NCBI GenBank assembly: GCA_018660265.1
Contig: JABJKS010000084.1
Location: 14,036 to 78,035 of the forward strand
Source: Rhodospirillaceae bacterium
GTDB lineage: Bacteria > Pseudomonadota > Alphaproteobacteria > GCA-2731375
Length of the DNA: 64,000 bases
Direction: 5' to 3'
Positions 30,428-41,018 of the stretch are shown piece after piece. The notes beneath the pieces are model-generated. The model saw only the letters and a list, made by a program, of their open reading frames with translations, searched no databases and was not told the origin of the DNA. Numbering within the stretch: position 1 is the first letter of the stretch; each line of letters opens with the position of its first letter. Both the position numbers and the translations under genes were made by a program.

Positions 30428-31656
30428 TATGCAGCCTCCACTTCATATTGTTTGCGCCGTCCCGGTCTTTCCTGGGCCAAAGCAGCCGCCAGGTCGCCCA
30501 AAGATGCCAGATTATGCACTGTGCGGAAATCGTCCACATGGGGCAACAGCGCCTTGATACCTTTAGATTTGGGCTCAAACCCCGCATAACGCAAGAGGGG
30601 GTTGAGCCAGATCAGACGGCGGCAGGATTTGTGCAGCCGCTCCACCTCGTCGCCGATACCTTCGCCGGCGTCCCGGTCCAGCCCGTCCGAGATCATCAAC
30701 ACCACTGCCCCCTGGCCCAGCACCCGGCGGGACCAATTGGCATTAAAATCATGCAGGCAATGGCCAATACGCGTACCGCCCGACCAATCCTCCACGCCCT
30801 CAGCCACTTTTTCCAAAGCCACATCCACATCCCGATGGCGCAGATGCCGGGTGATATTGGTGAGCCGGGTGCCAAAAACAAAGGTGTGCACCCGGTCCCG
30901 ATCGTTGGTAATGGCATGCATAAAATGCAGGAACATGCGGCTATAGCGGCTCATGGAACCGGAAATATCACACAGCACCACAAGGGGAGGATGGCGAAGT
31001 TTGGGGGACCGATGACGCAGGGGCACGCCGCCACCACTGCGTAACGAGGCCCGCAGGCTGGCCCGCATATCCACCCTTCGACCATGGGGATCGGGCGACA
31101 GACGCCGGGTCGGCACCGCCATGATGGGCAGGCGCATGCGCGCGATGATCGCCTTGGCCTGGGCGACTTCGTCAGCACTCATAGATTCGAAATCCATGCC
31201 TTGCAGGACTTCACGGGCGGAATAGGTCAGGGCGGCGTCAAACTCAATCTCTTCCTCCGCCGCCTCCTGCATCTCCTCGGACCCTTCGCCCTTGGCCAGG
31301 GCCTCGGCCACCCGTCGGGAGATTTCGTCATTCCGGCTTTCGTCCATCTCCACCTGAACCTGGGGCATAAGCATATGCAGCATGCGTTCGAGAATACGCG
31401 GGTTGCGCCAGAATATATGGAAGGCCTGATCAAATATTTCCCGGTGGTCCTGGCGGTTGACGAAGACCGCAAACAGCGTCCAATAAAAATCTTCCCGGTT
31501 GCCGACGCCGGCCGTAATTACGGCGCGAACCCCGTCCAACACCTTGCCCGGCCCCACGGGTAGTCCCGCCGCGCGCAGGACCCGGGCGAAATGCATGATA
31601 TTCTCCGCCAGGCGGTTGCTGTCGTCAGGTGGGACATATTCGGCGACACTTTCCAT
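30427..31656 (-). CDS. coxE: vWA domain protein CoxE
   Basis: CDISGSMSRY, WSGGTRIG, ISDG, WLNPLL. Confidence 0.9.
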   Translation of the reverse strand: MESVAEYVPPDDSNRLAENIMHFARVLRAAGLPVGPGKVLDGVRAVITAGVGNREDFYWTLFAVFVNRQDHREIFDQAFHIFWRNPRILERMLHMLMPQVQVEMDESRNDEISRRVAEALAKGEGSEEMQEAAEEEIEFDAALTYSAREVLQGMDFESMSADEVAQAKAIIARMRLPIMAVPTRRLSPDPHGRRVDMRASLRASLRSGGGVPLRHRSPKLRHPPLVVLCDISGSMSRYSRMFLHFMHAITNDRDRVHTFVFGTRLTNITRHLRHRDVDVALEKVAEGVEDWSGGTRIGHCLHDFNANWSRRVLGQGAVVLMISDGLDRDAGEGIGDEVERLHKSCRRLIWLNPLLRYAGFEPKSKGIKALLPHVDDFRTVHNLASLGDLAAALAQERPGRRKQYEVEAA

Positions 31657-31663
31657 GTTCAGC

Positions 31664-32587
31664 CTAATTCCCCGCCGCCGTCATCTCCCGCTTCACCTCT
31701 TCCAGGATGTGGGCCGCCTCACTGCCCTGAATTTTGTGGATATCATCCTGATACTTCAGTATTGCGCCAAGGGTGTTATCCACCACTTCGGGCTCCAGCA
31801 CGATTTTGTTCAGTTCCGTCAGGGCGGTGGCCCAATCGATTGTTTCCGCGATGCCAGGCAGCTTGAACAAATCATGCTCCCGCAGGCGCTGGATGAAACC
31901 GACGACCTGGCGGCTGAGGGTTTCCTCACATTGCGGCACCTTGGTGCGCAGGATCGCCAGTTCCCGTTCCGCATCCGGATAATCAACCCAGTAATAGAGG
32001 CAGCGGCGCTTTAGGGCGTCGTGAATTTCCCGCGTCCGGTTCGAGGTAACGATGACGATGGGCGGTTGGGCTGCGGCAATAGTGCCAATTTCCGGAATGG
32101 TGATCTGAAAGTCCGACAGCACTTCCAGCAAATAAGCCTCGAACGCCTCGTCTGTTCGATCCAGCTCATCAATCAATAGAACCGGTGCGGCACCATCCGC
32201 ACTCGCTTCCAAGGCTTGCAACAGGGGTCGCTTGATCAGGAATTCATCACGGAAAATATCTTTCCCCAAACGGTCCCGGTCGACCGCGCCGCCGGCCTCG
32301 GCCAAGCGGATCTCGATCATCTGGCGGGCATAATTCCATTCGTAAACGGCAGAGGCCACATCCAGGCCTTCATAACATTGCAGGCGCACCAGGGGCCGGT
32401 TCAGGGTAGCTGACAAAACCTTGGCGATCTCGGTCTTGCCAACGCCGGCTTCCCCCTCCAGGAAAAGCGGACGGCCCATTTTCAGGGCCAAAAACAGCGT
32501 CGTCGCCAGACTGCGGTCGGCGATGTAGTCGCCCGCCGTCAGCAGATCCAAGGTGGCATCGATATCGTTCGGTATGGCTGTATTCAT
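31664..32587 (-). CDS. coxD: MoxR-type AAA+ ATPase CoxD
   Basis: GEAGVGKT, LQCYEGLD, LLIDELDR, HDALKRRC. Confidence 0.9.
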   Translation of the reverse strand: MNTAIPNDIDATLDLLTAGDYIADRSLATTLFLALKMGRPLFLEGEAGVGKTEIAKVLSATLNRPLVRLQCYEGLDVASAVYEWNYARQMIEIRLAEAGGAVDRDRLGKDIFRDEFLIKRPLLQALEASADGAAPVLLIDELDRTDEAFEAYLLEVLSDFQITIPEIGTIAAAQPPIVIVTSNRTREIHDALKRRCLYYWVDYPDAERELAILRTKVPQCEETLSRQVVGFIQRLREHDLFKLPGIAETIDWATALTELNKIVLEPEVVDNTLGAILKYQDDIHKIQGSEAAHILEEVKREMTAAGN

Positions 32588-32608
32588 AAAAGGCAACTTA
32601 TGTCAGTT

Positions 32609-32713
32609 TTAGGGCAATTTTCAATCTTTTGGATTCATCGTAGTAATTAAAGAGATGGGTTCAATTGCCCTATTCTCAAGAGTCGGCGCATTTCCTACAC
32701 GGAAATGCTCCGG
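32609..32713 (-). repeat. Dispersed two-stem intergenic element, copy C
   Basis: Minus strand gcatttcc/ggaaatgc and agggcaatt/aattgccct stems; spacer gactcttgagaat; ends ttgaaaattgccctaa. Confidence 0.75.
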
Positions 32714-32732
32714 CGCAAAGAAAAGGCGGCGC

Positions 32733-32772
32733 AAAGAAAAGGCGGGGCAGCATCAGCCACCCCGCCCCTTCG
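32733..32772 (-). terminator. Rho-independent terminator after coxM
   Basis: ggcgggg/ccccgcc stem followed on the minus strand by TTTTCTTT; overlaps a 16-bp tandem duplication at 32711-32742. Confidence 0.65.
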
Positions 32773-32790
32773 TTTCGTATAGTATCCAGC

Positions 32791-33573
32791 CTAGCCAGCA
32801 GCTTCCACTGCGCGCTTGGCCATGACGATAACCAGATTGGCGCGGTATTCCGCACTACCGTGGATATCGCTGTTCAGATGGTCGGCAGGAATTGTGATCC
32901 CGTCCAAGGCGCTGGCTGACCAATTGGCGGACAAGGCTGCTTCCAGCTTTGGTCCCCGATGGGCACAATCCGTTGCACCTGTGACGGCAACACGCACGCC
33001 GTCGGCGGCCTGGGCTACAAAGACACCAACCATGGCAAACCGGGAAGCCGGGTTGGGGAACTTGGCATAGGCTGCTTTCGTTGCGTTGGGGAAGGTGACG
33101 CTTTTGATGATTTCCCCATCGTTCAATGCGGTTTCGAACAGACCGGTGAAGAAATCATCGGCTGCAATGTCCCGCTGGTTGGTGGTGATTGTGGCACCGA
33201 GGCCCAGCAACGCTGCCGGATAGTCGGCTGCCGGGTCGTTATTGGCGATGGAACCGCCCAAAGTACCCCGGTTGCGCACCTGGGCATCACCGATGCCTTC
33301 GGCCACCGACCGCAAGGCGGCGGGAACATCGCCGGAACCAGCCACAGCCGCATGCGTCGTGGTGGCACCAATGGTGACGCCGTCGCCATTTTTGGTGATG
33401 CCCGATAGGCCCGCACCCGCTAATGAGATTACGTCGGACGGGTTCGCCAGACGTTGTTTCAGAACCGGGATCAAGGTCTGACCACCGGCCATGACCGAGC
33501 CATCATCAGACGCCGCAAGTTTGGCGGCGGCATCATGCGCACTGGATGCAGAATGGAAGTTGAAGTCGTACAT
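32791..33573 (-). CDS. coxM: Molybdo-flavoenzyme FAD subunit (CoxM-like)
   Basis: AGGQTL, QVRNRGTLGGSIANNDPAAD, SDIHGSAEYR. Confidence 0.92.
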   Translation of the reverse strand: MYDFNFHSASSAHDAAAKLAASDDGSVMAGGQTLIPVLKQRLANPSDVISLAGAGLSGITKNGDGVTIGATTTHAAVAGSGDVPAALRSVAEGIGDAQVRNRGTLGGSIANNDPAADYPAALLGLGATITTNQRDIAADDFFTGLFETALNDGEIIKSVTFPNATKAAYAKFPNPASRFAMVGVFVAQAADGVRVAVTGATDCAHRGPKLEAALSANWSASALDGITIPADHLNSDIHGSAEYRANLVIVMAKRAVEAAG

Positions 33574-33592
33574 TTATTTATCCTCCCCTGGC

Positions 33593-35947
33593 CTAACCAG
33601 CCGCCTGCGCGGCACGCCACAACTTTTCAGGTGTAGCAGGCATATCCAGATGTTTGATATCCAAGGCATTGACGATGGCGTTGATCACCGCAGGTGGTGC
33701 CGCGATGGCCCCCGCCTCGCCGCAACCTTTGACGCCCAATGGATTGTGCAAAGGCACCGTGGGGCAATAATCCACGTTGAATGACGGCAGATTGTCGGCC
33801 CGGGGCATGCAGTAATCCATGAAGGAGCCTGAGACCAACTGACCACTGTCTTCATCATAGACACAGCCTTCCAACAAAGCCTGGCCGATACCGTGGGCCA
33901 GGCCGCCATGGACCTGCCCCTCAACGATCATCGGGTTGACCAGAACACCGAAGTCATCGATTGCCGTATAATTAACAATCTCCAACGTGCCGGTATCGGG
34001 ATCAATCTCCACCTCGCAGACATGCGCGCCCGCGGGGAAGGAGAAGTTGAGCGGATCAAAGAAGGCGATCTCGTCCAAACCAGGCTCCACCCCTTCAGGG
34101 TAGTTGTGGGGGACATAGGCCGTGAACGCCACCTCGGCGATGTTCATCGTCTTATCGGTACCGGCAACCGTGAAGTTGCCTTCGCCGAATTCGATGTCAT
34201 CCTCGGACGCTTCCAAAGTGTGGGCCGCGATCTTTTTGCCCTTGGCGATGATCTTGTCGCAGGCATTGACAATGGCCACCCCACCAACCGGCAATGACCG
34301 GGAACCATAAGTCCCCATGCCGAACTGGCCTTTGTCGGTGTCACCGTGGACAACCTCAACCTGTTCCACAGGTACGCCCAAACGATCCGTCACCAACTGG
34401 GCAAAGGCTGTTTCATGCCCCTGACCGTGGGAGTGCGTGCCCGTAAAGACGGTGACACCGCCTGTTGGGTTAAATCGGACCTGGGCTGATTCCCACAGAC
34501 CAACGCCAACACCTAACGAGCCGACAGCCGCCGATGGGGCAACACCGCAAGCTTCGATATAGGATGACAGCCCGATACCGCGCAGTTTTCCACGACCCTT
34601 GGCCTCTGCCTGACGGGCAGAGAAACCATCGTAATCAGACATGCCCAGCGCCTTGTCGAGGCTGGCATGATAGTCACCGGAGTCATAACACTGCACAACC
34701 GGCGTCTGGTACGGCATCTGATCGGCCTTGATGAAGTTGCGCCGACGGATCTCCGCCGGGTCCAAACCCATCTCACGGGCAGAGACATCAACAAGGCGTT
34801 CCAGCAGATATGTTGCCTCCGGCCGTCCGGCACCGCGGGCGGCATCCACCGGCGCTGTGTTGGTCATGACACAACGCATTTCCAGGTAAATCGCCGGCGT
34901 GGTGTATTGTCCCGCCAGCAGGAAACCATGGAACAAGGTGGGAATGGAGACAGAGAAGAGTTGCAGATAGGCCCCCATGTTGCCTTTCGAATTGACCCGC
35001 ATCCCCAGAAACTTGCCATCGGCATCCAGGGCCATTTCAGCCGTGGAAACATGGTCACGACCGTGGGCATCAGACATGAAGCCTTCGGAACGATCAGACG
35101 TCCATTTGACCGGACGGTTGATCTTTTTCGCGGCCCAGGCGCAAATCGCCTCTTCATTGTAGGTGAAAATTTTCGAGCCGAAACCGCCACCGACATCAGG
35201 CGCCACTACGCGGAATTTATGCTCCGGCGCGATGTTCATGAAGGCGGACATCACCAGGCGATGCACATGCGGGTTCTGCGAGGTCACATACAAAGTGATC
35301 TCGTCCGTACCGGAATTATACTCACCCACCGCAGCCCGTGGCTCCATAGCATTGGTGACCATGCGGTTGTTGATCAGTTCAACCTTCGCCGTCTTGTGGG
35401 CAGCAGCAAAGGCGGCGTCAACAGCGGCCTTGTCACCTAATTCCCAATCGAGTGCGACGTTGTTGGGGCATTCTTCATGCAACTGCGGTGCGCCATCGGC
35501 ATCCGAGTTTGCCGTCGATACCGTCGAAGGCAGTTCCGTGTAGTCAATCTCGACCAATTCGGCAGCATCCTTGGCCTGAGCCAGGGTTTCCGCAATAACC
35601 GCAATGATCGGGTCACCGACGAAGCGCGCCTTGTCGATGGTTAAAACATTGCGGGGCGGGGTCTTGTTAACCTCACCGCCTTTGCCGGTGACGGAGGCAC
35701 CACAAACCAAGCCACCGACCGCATCGTCGATCAGATCCTGACCGCCGTACACCGCGACCACACCGGGTGCGGCCTTTGCAGCGGAGATATCCACGGAGTT
35801 GATCGTCGCGTGGGCATGGGGCGAACGCACGATGTACACGTGGGTCTGTCCTGGACGATTGATATCGTCCGTGTAATTGCCCTTGCCGGTCAGAAACCGG
35901 TTATCTTCCTTGCGCTTTAGACTAGCGCCAATACCATTCTCAACCAT
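33593..35947 (-). CDS. coxL: Molybdopterin large subunit, form II CoxL-like
   Basis: [39 protein letters not shown]. Confidence 0.9.
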   Translation of the reverse strand: MVENGIGASLKRKEDNRFLTGKGNYTDDINRPGQTHVYIVRSPHAHATINSVDISAAKAAPGVVAVYGGQDLIDDAVGGLVCGASVTGKGGEVNKTPPRNVLTIDKARFVGDPIIAVIAETLAQAKDAAELVEIDYTELPSTVSTANSDADGAPQLHEECPNNVALDWELGDKAAVDAAFAAAHKTAKVELINNRMVTNAMEPRAAVGEYNSGTDEITLYVTSQNPHVHRLVMSAFMNIAPEHKFRVVAPDVGGGFGSKIFTYNEEAICAWAAKKINRPVKWTSDRSEGFMSDAHGRDHVSTAEMALDADGKFLGMRVNSKGNMGAYLQLFSVSIPTLFHGFLLAGQYTTPAIYLEMRCVMTNTAPVDAARGAGRPEATYLLERLVDVSAREMGLDPAEIRRRNFIKADQMPYQTPVVQCYDSGDYHASLDKALGMSDYDGFSARQAEAKGRGKLRGIGLSSYIEACGVAPSAAVGSLGVGVGLWESAQVRFNPTGGVTVFTGTHSHGQGHETAFAQLVTDRLGVPVEQVEVVHGDTDKGQFGMGTYGSRSLPVGGVAIVNACDKIIAKGKKIAAHTLEASEDDIEFGEGNFTVAGTDKTMNIAEVAFTAYVPHNYPEGVEPGLDEIAFFDPLNFSFPAGAHVCEVEIDPDTGTLEIVNYTAIDDFGVLVNPMIVEGQVHGGLAHGIGQALLEGCVYDEDSGQLVSGSFMDYCMPRADNLPSFNVDYCPTVPLHNPLGVKGCGEAGAIAAPPAVINAIVNALDIKHLDMPATPEKLWRAAQAAG

Positions 35948-35948
35948 A

Positions 35949-36410
35949 TCAGCCCCCCTTGGCGGCTTGTTGCACCGCCTTGACGATATTGTGATAGCCG
36001 GTGCAACGGCAAATGTTGCCTTCCAGCTGTTCGCGGATGGTCGCTTCATCCGGATTGGGATTTTTCGCCACCAGATCAATGGCGCTCATCACCATGCCAG
36101 GTGTGCAGAAACCACATTGCAGTCCATGGTTATCCTGGAAAGCCTTCTGCATGGGATGCATTTCGCCGCCCTTGGCCAAGCCTTCGATGGTGGTAACGTC
36201 CGCGCCTTCGGCTTCGAGAGCCAGCATGGTGCAGGATTTCATGGAATCCCCATCTACGTGAACCACACAGGCACCGCACTGGCTGGTATCACAGCCCACA
36301 TGAGTTCCCGTCAGATTTAGATTTTCCCGAAGAAATTGAACTAGAAGTGTGCGGCCTTCAACCTCGCCGCTCACAGCTTGACCATTCACGGTCATTGACA
36401 CCGTTGCCAT
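35949..36410 (-). CDS. coxS: 2Fe-2S small subunit (CoxS-like)
   Basis: [24 protein letters not shown]. Confidence 0.94.
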   Translation of the reverse strand: MATVSMTVNGQAVSGEVEGRTLLVQFLRENLNLTGTHVGCDTSQCGACVVHVDGDSMKSCTMLALEAEGADVTTIEGLAKGGEMHPMQKAFQDNHGLQCGFCTPGMVMSAIDLVAKNPNPDEATIREQLEGNICRCTGYHNIVKAVQQAAKGG

Positions 36411-36426
36411 GTAGAACCTCCCTGCA

Positions 36427-36465
36427 GTTCGTTGCTGTCGTTCATTGCTGTCGATCGTTGCCGAC
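36427..36465. repeat. 13-bp tandem repeat x3 in the coxS leader
   Basis: gttcgttgctgtc / gttcattgctgtc / gatcgttgccgac. Confidence 0.75.
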
Positions 36466-36615
36466 TATGTCATGGGTAAAGCCCCAATCCCCGATCACTG
36501 GAACGGATGGATTGGCCCTCCCCTATACTTGAAGTGTTTCGCCTTGCGGCCCTAACGTCAAGCCCAGATTATCGCTGCCTGCCTTCAGAACAGCAAAAGT
36601 CGCTATTTTGTGACC

Positions 36616-37353
36616 TCAATCGCCTCCCAGGACGGAAATAATAGCGATCAAAATTAGGATCAGACCAGTTATCCAGACCCAGCGAGGCAAACCACCGCCA
36701 GCCGCATCTTCCCCGGCCATTGGATCGGCGGATGATTTGGTCGCGCGGGAGGATACGTCATCACTCCGGACATGCAGCATTTCAGGCGCGGCCTCACCAC
36801 TGGAGGCGGCGGCATCAACCACCGCAGGCGGAACATCCGTCGCTGCACCCGGTCGGCCGACATCTTCTGACGCCGCGGTTTCAACCGCCGCGCCCGCAGA
36901 AACATTGGGCGCGGATGCGGCGGCGATTTCAGCAAAGGTCGTGAAAAACTCTCCGGCCAGTTTTTTTGCCGTGCCATCGATCAGGCGGGAGCCTATTTGC
37001 GCCAGCTTACCGCCGACGTTGGCGTTAACCTCATAGCGAAGCAAGGTGCCATCGCCGTCTTCAACCAAGGTGACCTTAGCCCCCCCTTTAGCGAAACCGG
37101 CGGGTCCACCCTTGCCCTCACCCTGAATGGTATAACCATTGGGCGGATCCATATCGGACAATGTGACCTGGCCCTGAAACTTCGCCTTCACCGGTCCCAC
37201 TTTGGCCGTGACCGTGGCAGTAAAGCTGTCATCTCCGACAGCGTTCAGATCACTACAGCCGGGAATAGAGGCCTTTAGGACCTCCGGATCGTTCAAAGCC
37301 GCCCACACCTGTTCCCGGGATGCGGCGATATGGTATTCACCTGTTAAATCCAT
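36616..37353 (-). CDS. coxG: CoxG (SRPBCC) protein with C-terminal membrane anchor
   Basis: VWAALNDPEVL..IPGC, GGKLAQIGSRLI; Ala-rich linker and hydrophobic tail. Confidence 0.9.
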   Translation of the reverse strand: MDLTGEYHIAASREQVWAALNDPEVLKASIPGCSDLNAVGDDSFTATVTAKVGPVKAKFQGQVTLSDMDPPNGYTIQGEGKGGPAGFAKGGAKVTLVEDGDGTLLRYEVNANVGGKLAQIGSRLIDGTAKKLAGEFFTTFAEIAAASAPNVSAGAAVETAASEDVGRPGAATDVPPAVVDAAASSGEAAPEMLHVRSDDVSSRATKSSADPMAGEDAAGGGLPRWVWITGLILILIAIISVLGGD

Positions 37354-37460
37354 GATGCCCTGCCCTCTTATTTTGGCTGTCTTTTCATTGTTCGTACAAT
37401 ATAGCACCATTTGCGGCAATATCAGTGGCCACGGATTAGGAATTTTAGGGACAGATAATT

Positions 37461-38360
37461 ATGAGTGCGCGTCAATTACTCCTTGTCCTGATAATGCTGG
37501 CAGCCGTTCTGGCGGCGGGCACCGCCCGCGCACAGGAGCAAGTGCGCTTCCCAACCGCCGCCAGCCCACCTACAGCACTGCAAAAACGTATGGCGGCCAT
37601 GCGTGGGGAAGATGCGAAAGGAACGCCGGGCCTTATGTTGCAAGGCCATTTGCGCCGCCCCAGGCGAGGTAATGGGGGCGATGGGCCATTTGCGGCCCTG
37701 GTGTTGCTGTACAGCTGTCAGGGCATAACGGGCACGGTTGAGGATTGGGCCGATCAACTGGCGGCTTGGGGTTATCTGACATTATTGGTCGACAGCTATG
37801 GTCCACGCCGGCACGCCCCGAACTGCAACAGCTATGAAGCAATAGAGTCTGTGGATCAGACCTTTGATGCGATCGGGGCCTTGAAATATCTGCGTCAACG
37901 CAAGGATGTGGATAGCGGACAGATCGGCCTGATCGGCTGGTCAATCGGGGGCAGCAAGGTACTGTCCGCTTTGAACCAGATCGGCGTGCAGAACCTTTAC
38001 CCGGATAAATTCGCCTATGGCATCGCCTTCTATCCTAATTGCCTGACCGCATCGGGACCATTTATTGGCCCTTTGCTGATGCTGATCGGGGGCCAGGACG
38101 ATTGGACAACTGCCGCGCGGTGCGTGAGTTTACGCGATGCCAATGCCGGGTCGGTGCACCCCATGGATCTACAGATCTTTCCAGACTCCTTTCACTTCTT
38201 CGATGATCCGGACATGGGCCCGGTGCGCTACCGCGCAGAGGCCGAAAACCGCGAAAAGAACCCCACCCGCGGCGTTACCTGGGGCTATAACCCCGCAGCC
38301 CGAAACGCCGCCCAGGATACAATTCGACAGTTCCTGGAGCGGCGCTTGCGGGAAAACTAG
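37461..38360 (+). CDS. Secreted dienelactone hydrolase family alpha/beta hydrolase
   Basis: Signal peptide; GWSIGG nucleophile elbow, DDWT, HFFD. Confidence 0.82.
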   Translation: MSARQLLLVLIMLAAVLAAGTARAQEQVRFPTAASPPTALQKRMAAMRGEDAKGTPGLMLQGHLRRPRRGNGGDGPFAALVLLYSCQGITGTVEDWADQLAAWGYLTLLVDSYGPRRHAPNCNSYEAIESVDQTFDAIGALKYLRQRKDVDSGQIGLIGWSIGGSKVLSALNQIGVQNLYPDKFAYGIAFYPNCLTASGPFIGPLLMLIGGQDDWTTAARCVSLRDANAGSVHPMDLQIFPDSFHFFDDPDMGPVRYRAEAENREKNPTRGVTWGYNPAARNAAQDTIRQFLERRLREN

Positions 38361-38362
38361 GT

Positions 38363-38818
38363 CTAGCCGTGTCGGTGATGCCGGCCATTCCATCGTCGAT
38401 CATGACGGTCGTAGCGATCATAGCGATGGTCCTGACGGGAGCCCCAACGGGTGCCCCGACGGAAGTCATGACGGGCGTTGTGGCGGGCGCGGCGCGCTTG
38501 TGCCTTGCGCCATTGACGATAATTTCGATAGTCGGCCCGGTGCCGTTTTGGGGCGAAATAATGGGGCCGCTTGTGTTTCCGGAATTGTTTGGCTGCTCTA
38601 TCGCCAAAGCTTAATCGAAAGCTGTCGTCCTGAAACTTGAGGGTGATTTTTGGTTCGTGATGACGACTGCCATTTCGATCCTGTTGCGCGTAACGCTCCA
38701 CCCGATCGCGATTGTGCTCTCTATTACCACGGTCCTGGGCGTAACCCGGTGCGGCGGCAGCAACGGTGATGCCAACTGTGATGGCCGTGGCCAGGGCGGC
38801 TAAAAATTGCTTTCTCAT
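38363..38818 (-). CDS. Secreted Arg/His/Asp-rich low-complexity hypothetical protein
   Basis: AAGGA RBS; signal peptide MRKQFLAALATAITVGITVAAAAPGYA; fills the intergenic gap. Confidence 0.7.
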   Translation of the reverse strand: MRKQFLAALATAITVGITVAAAAPGYAQDRGNREHNRDRVERYAQQDRNGSRHHEPKITLKFQDDSFRLSFGDRAAKQFRKHKRPHYFAPKRHRADYRNYRQWRKAQARRARHNARHDFRRGTRWGSRQDHRYDRYDRHDRRWNGRHHRHG

Positions 38819-38874
38819 GATGCATTCCTTTCGGTTAATCCGTAATTGATGCAGCCATATTGCCCGATGGCGCC

Positions 38875-38911
38875 TGAACCAAAGCTGAGAGGGGCATTCA
38901 TTTAAGGTTCA
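38875..38911. promoter_or_regulatory. Putative response-regulator operator (11-bp-spaced half sites)
   Basis: TGAAC 38875, TGAGA 38886, TTCA 38897, TTCA 38908; outer tgaacc/ggttca inverted repeat. Confidence 0.45.
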
Positions 38912-38998
38912 TGTTGATATCGATCCGTTGTCGTAATGTTAACCATTAAAAACTACTGATATCCCAGTGTTTTACCGGATTTGAGGGACCAGTACGCC

Positions 38999-40426
38999 AT
39001 GGCGAAATATGATTATGATTTGATTTGCATCGGTAGCGGGCCGGCAGGCCAGCGAGCCGCCGTGCAAAGCGCCAAGCTGGGCAAACGTGTCGCTATCATC
39101 GAGCAGGAAAGTGTCGTCGGCGGCGTCAGTCTGCATACGGGCACCATACCATCCAAGACTTTCCGTGAAGCGGTCCTGACCTTCGGGCGCGGCGGGCGAC
39201 GAGCCTCAGACATGCGGCGGCGATCAAGCGACAACGGGAACGGCAATGGCGGGGTCAGCCAAAAAGCGGTTACGGCCTCCCAGCTATTCGAACGGGTCGG
39301 CAATATCGTGGGGCGGGAAGAGCAGGTGCAAGACGCCCAACTAGGCCGCAACAATGTTGATGTTATCGTCGGCACGGCAGCATTCGCCAGCCCCCATGAA
39401 CTGGTTATCAAATCCTCCCATGGTGAACGCAAGGCAACAGCTGCCAACATCATGGTTGCCGTTGGCACCCGACCAACCACCCCCTCAAACACAATACTTG
39501 ATGGTGATCGGGTCATTACCTCGGACGAAATATTCTCCCTGACTGAGTTGCCCCATTCAATGGTGGTTATTGGCTGCGGTGTTGTGGGTATCGAATACGC
39601 CTCAATGTTTGCCTTGATGGGCGTTGAGGTCACGGTAGTCGATGGCCGGAATACGCCATTGGAATTCCTGGATCGCGAGATTGTCGACGAACTGGTCCAC
39701 CAGATGCGGGATATCAACGTGGTATTCCGACTGGGCGAAACCGTGGCCAAGGTTGAAACCCGTGAAAATTCCAGGCGGCGGGTTGTGGTCTCACTCGAAT
39801 CCGGCAAACGACTGGTCGCGGACCTGGCCCTGATCTGTGCCGGACGGGCCGGCAACACCAATTCTCTGAACCTCAAGGCCGCGAAACTGAAAGCCGATGA
39901 TCGTGGACGCCTGATTGTAGATGAAACGTTCCGCACCCAGCAAAAGCATATCTTCGCCGCCGGCGATGTTATCGGCTTCCCGGCTCTTGCCGCCACATCG
40001 TCCGAACAAGGCCGTCTGGCCGCCTGCAACGCCTTTGGTGTAAAGGTTGGGCCGATGCCAACAAATTTCCCAGTTGGTATCTATTCTATCCCGGAAATTT
40101 CCATGGTTGGCGAGGCCGAGCATGAACTGACCGCGAAAAAGATCCCCTATGAAGTGGGCATCGCCCGTTTTCGCGAGATCGCCCGGGGCCAGATCCTGGG
40201 CGATGATACGGGCCTGCTGAAAATGATCTTTCATCGTGATGATCATAGTCTGCTTGGTGTTCACACCATCGGCACGGGCGCGACGGAGTTGATCCATATC
40301 GGGCAATGCGTCATGGGCCTGGGCGGGGGGCTGGAATATTTCCTGCAGACCGTCTTCAACTACCCAACCTTGGCCGAGTGTTACAAGGTTGCCGCCCTGG
40401 ATGCCTATAACAAGTTGACCCTTTAA
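38999..40426 (+). CDS. sthA: Soluble pyridine nucleotide transhydrogenase
   Basis: GSGPAG, HTGTIPSKTFREA, GIYSIPEIS, VFNYPTLAECYKVAA. Confidence 0.92.
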   Translation: MAKYDYDLICIGSGPAGQRAAVQSAKLGKRVAIIEQESVVGGVSLHTGTIPSKTFREAVLTFGRGGRRASDMRRRSSDNGNGNGGVSQKAVTASQLFERVGNIVGREEQVQDAQLGRNNVDVIVGTAAFASPHELVIKSSHGERKATAANIMVAVGTRPTTPSNTILDGDRVITSDEIFSLTELPHSMVVIGCGVVGIEYASMFALMGVEVTVVDGRNTPLEFLDREIVDELVHQMRDINVVFRLGETVAKVETRENSRRRVVVSLESGKRLVADLALICAGRAGNTNSLNLKAAKLKADDRGRLIVDETFRTQQKHIFAAGDVIGFPALAATSSEQGRLAACNAFGVKVGPMPTNFPVGIYSIPEISMVGEAEHELTAKKIPYEVGIARFREIARGQILGDDTGLLKMIFHRDDHSLLGVHTIGTGATELIHIGQCVMGLGGGLEYFLQTVFNYPTLAECYKVAALDAYNKLTL

Positions 40427-40620
40427 GTGATATTGTTTTTCACTGGCAACTGCCAGATCCCGACAAGACTGCGAATGCGTCGCGCGATCAAATGCCTTGT
40501 TTTAGTCGCAGCAGGATAGGTACCATACGCCTTGCATTCACAAGTTCGAAAGACTACGGGCCGACAATTGCCGGCCGGCCCGATCCGCCAAATGAACAGA
40601 GGGATATTCCGGGAACAGTT

Positions 40621-40992
40621 ATGACGACACGAATTTTGGTCATAGACGATGATGAACTGGTGCGGGCGACCTTAACGCGCATATTGCTCGCAGCGGACTT
40701 CGAAGTACTTGAGGCAACGGACGGGAAAAACGGTTTGCAGAAGTACCAGGAAGGCAACATCGATTTGGTGATAACCGATATTTTGATGCCTGTTATGGAG
40801 GGTGTGGAAACCATTCGGGAATTGCGCCGGGTAGATGCAGACGCCAAAATCATCGCCATCTCCGGCGGTGATCGCACCGGCAATATGAACTACTTGGAAC
40901 TGGCCGGAAAATTAGGCGCGGACGGCATCCTTGCCAAACCGATCCTTCGCCAGGACCTGATGACCAAAATTGAAGCCATCCTGGGTACCTAA
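40621..40992 (+). CDS. Single-domain response regulator receiver
   Basis: ILVIDDD, DLVITDILMPVMEG, ISGG, LAKP. Confidence 0.9.
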   Translation: MTTRILVIDDDELVRATLTRILLAADFEVLEATDGKNGLQKYQEGNIDLVITDILMPVMEGVETIRELRRVDADAKIIAISGGDRTGNMNYLELAGKLGADGILAKPILRQDLMTKIEAILGT

Positions 40993-41018
40993 CGGTCAAA
41001 ACAATAAGGCAATTCTGA

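Noticed and set aside
33593..36410. Calling the cluster an aerobic CO dehydrogenase
   Set aside because: Lacks the form I AYxCSFR motif and the M-S-L gene order
39013..40029. 338-aa minus-strand ORF
   Set aside because: Ser/Arg/Thr-rich antisense shadow of sthA
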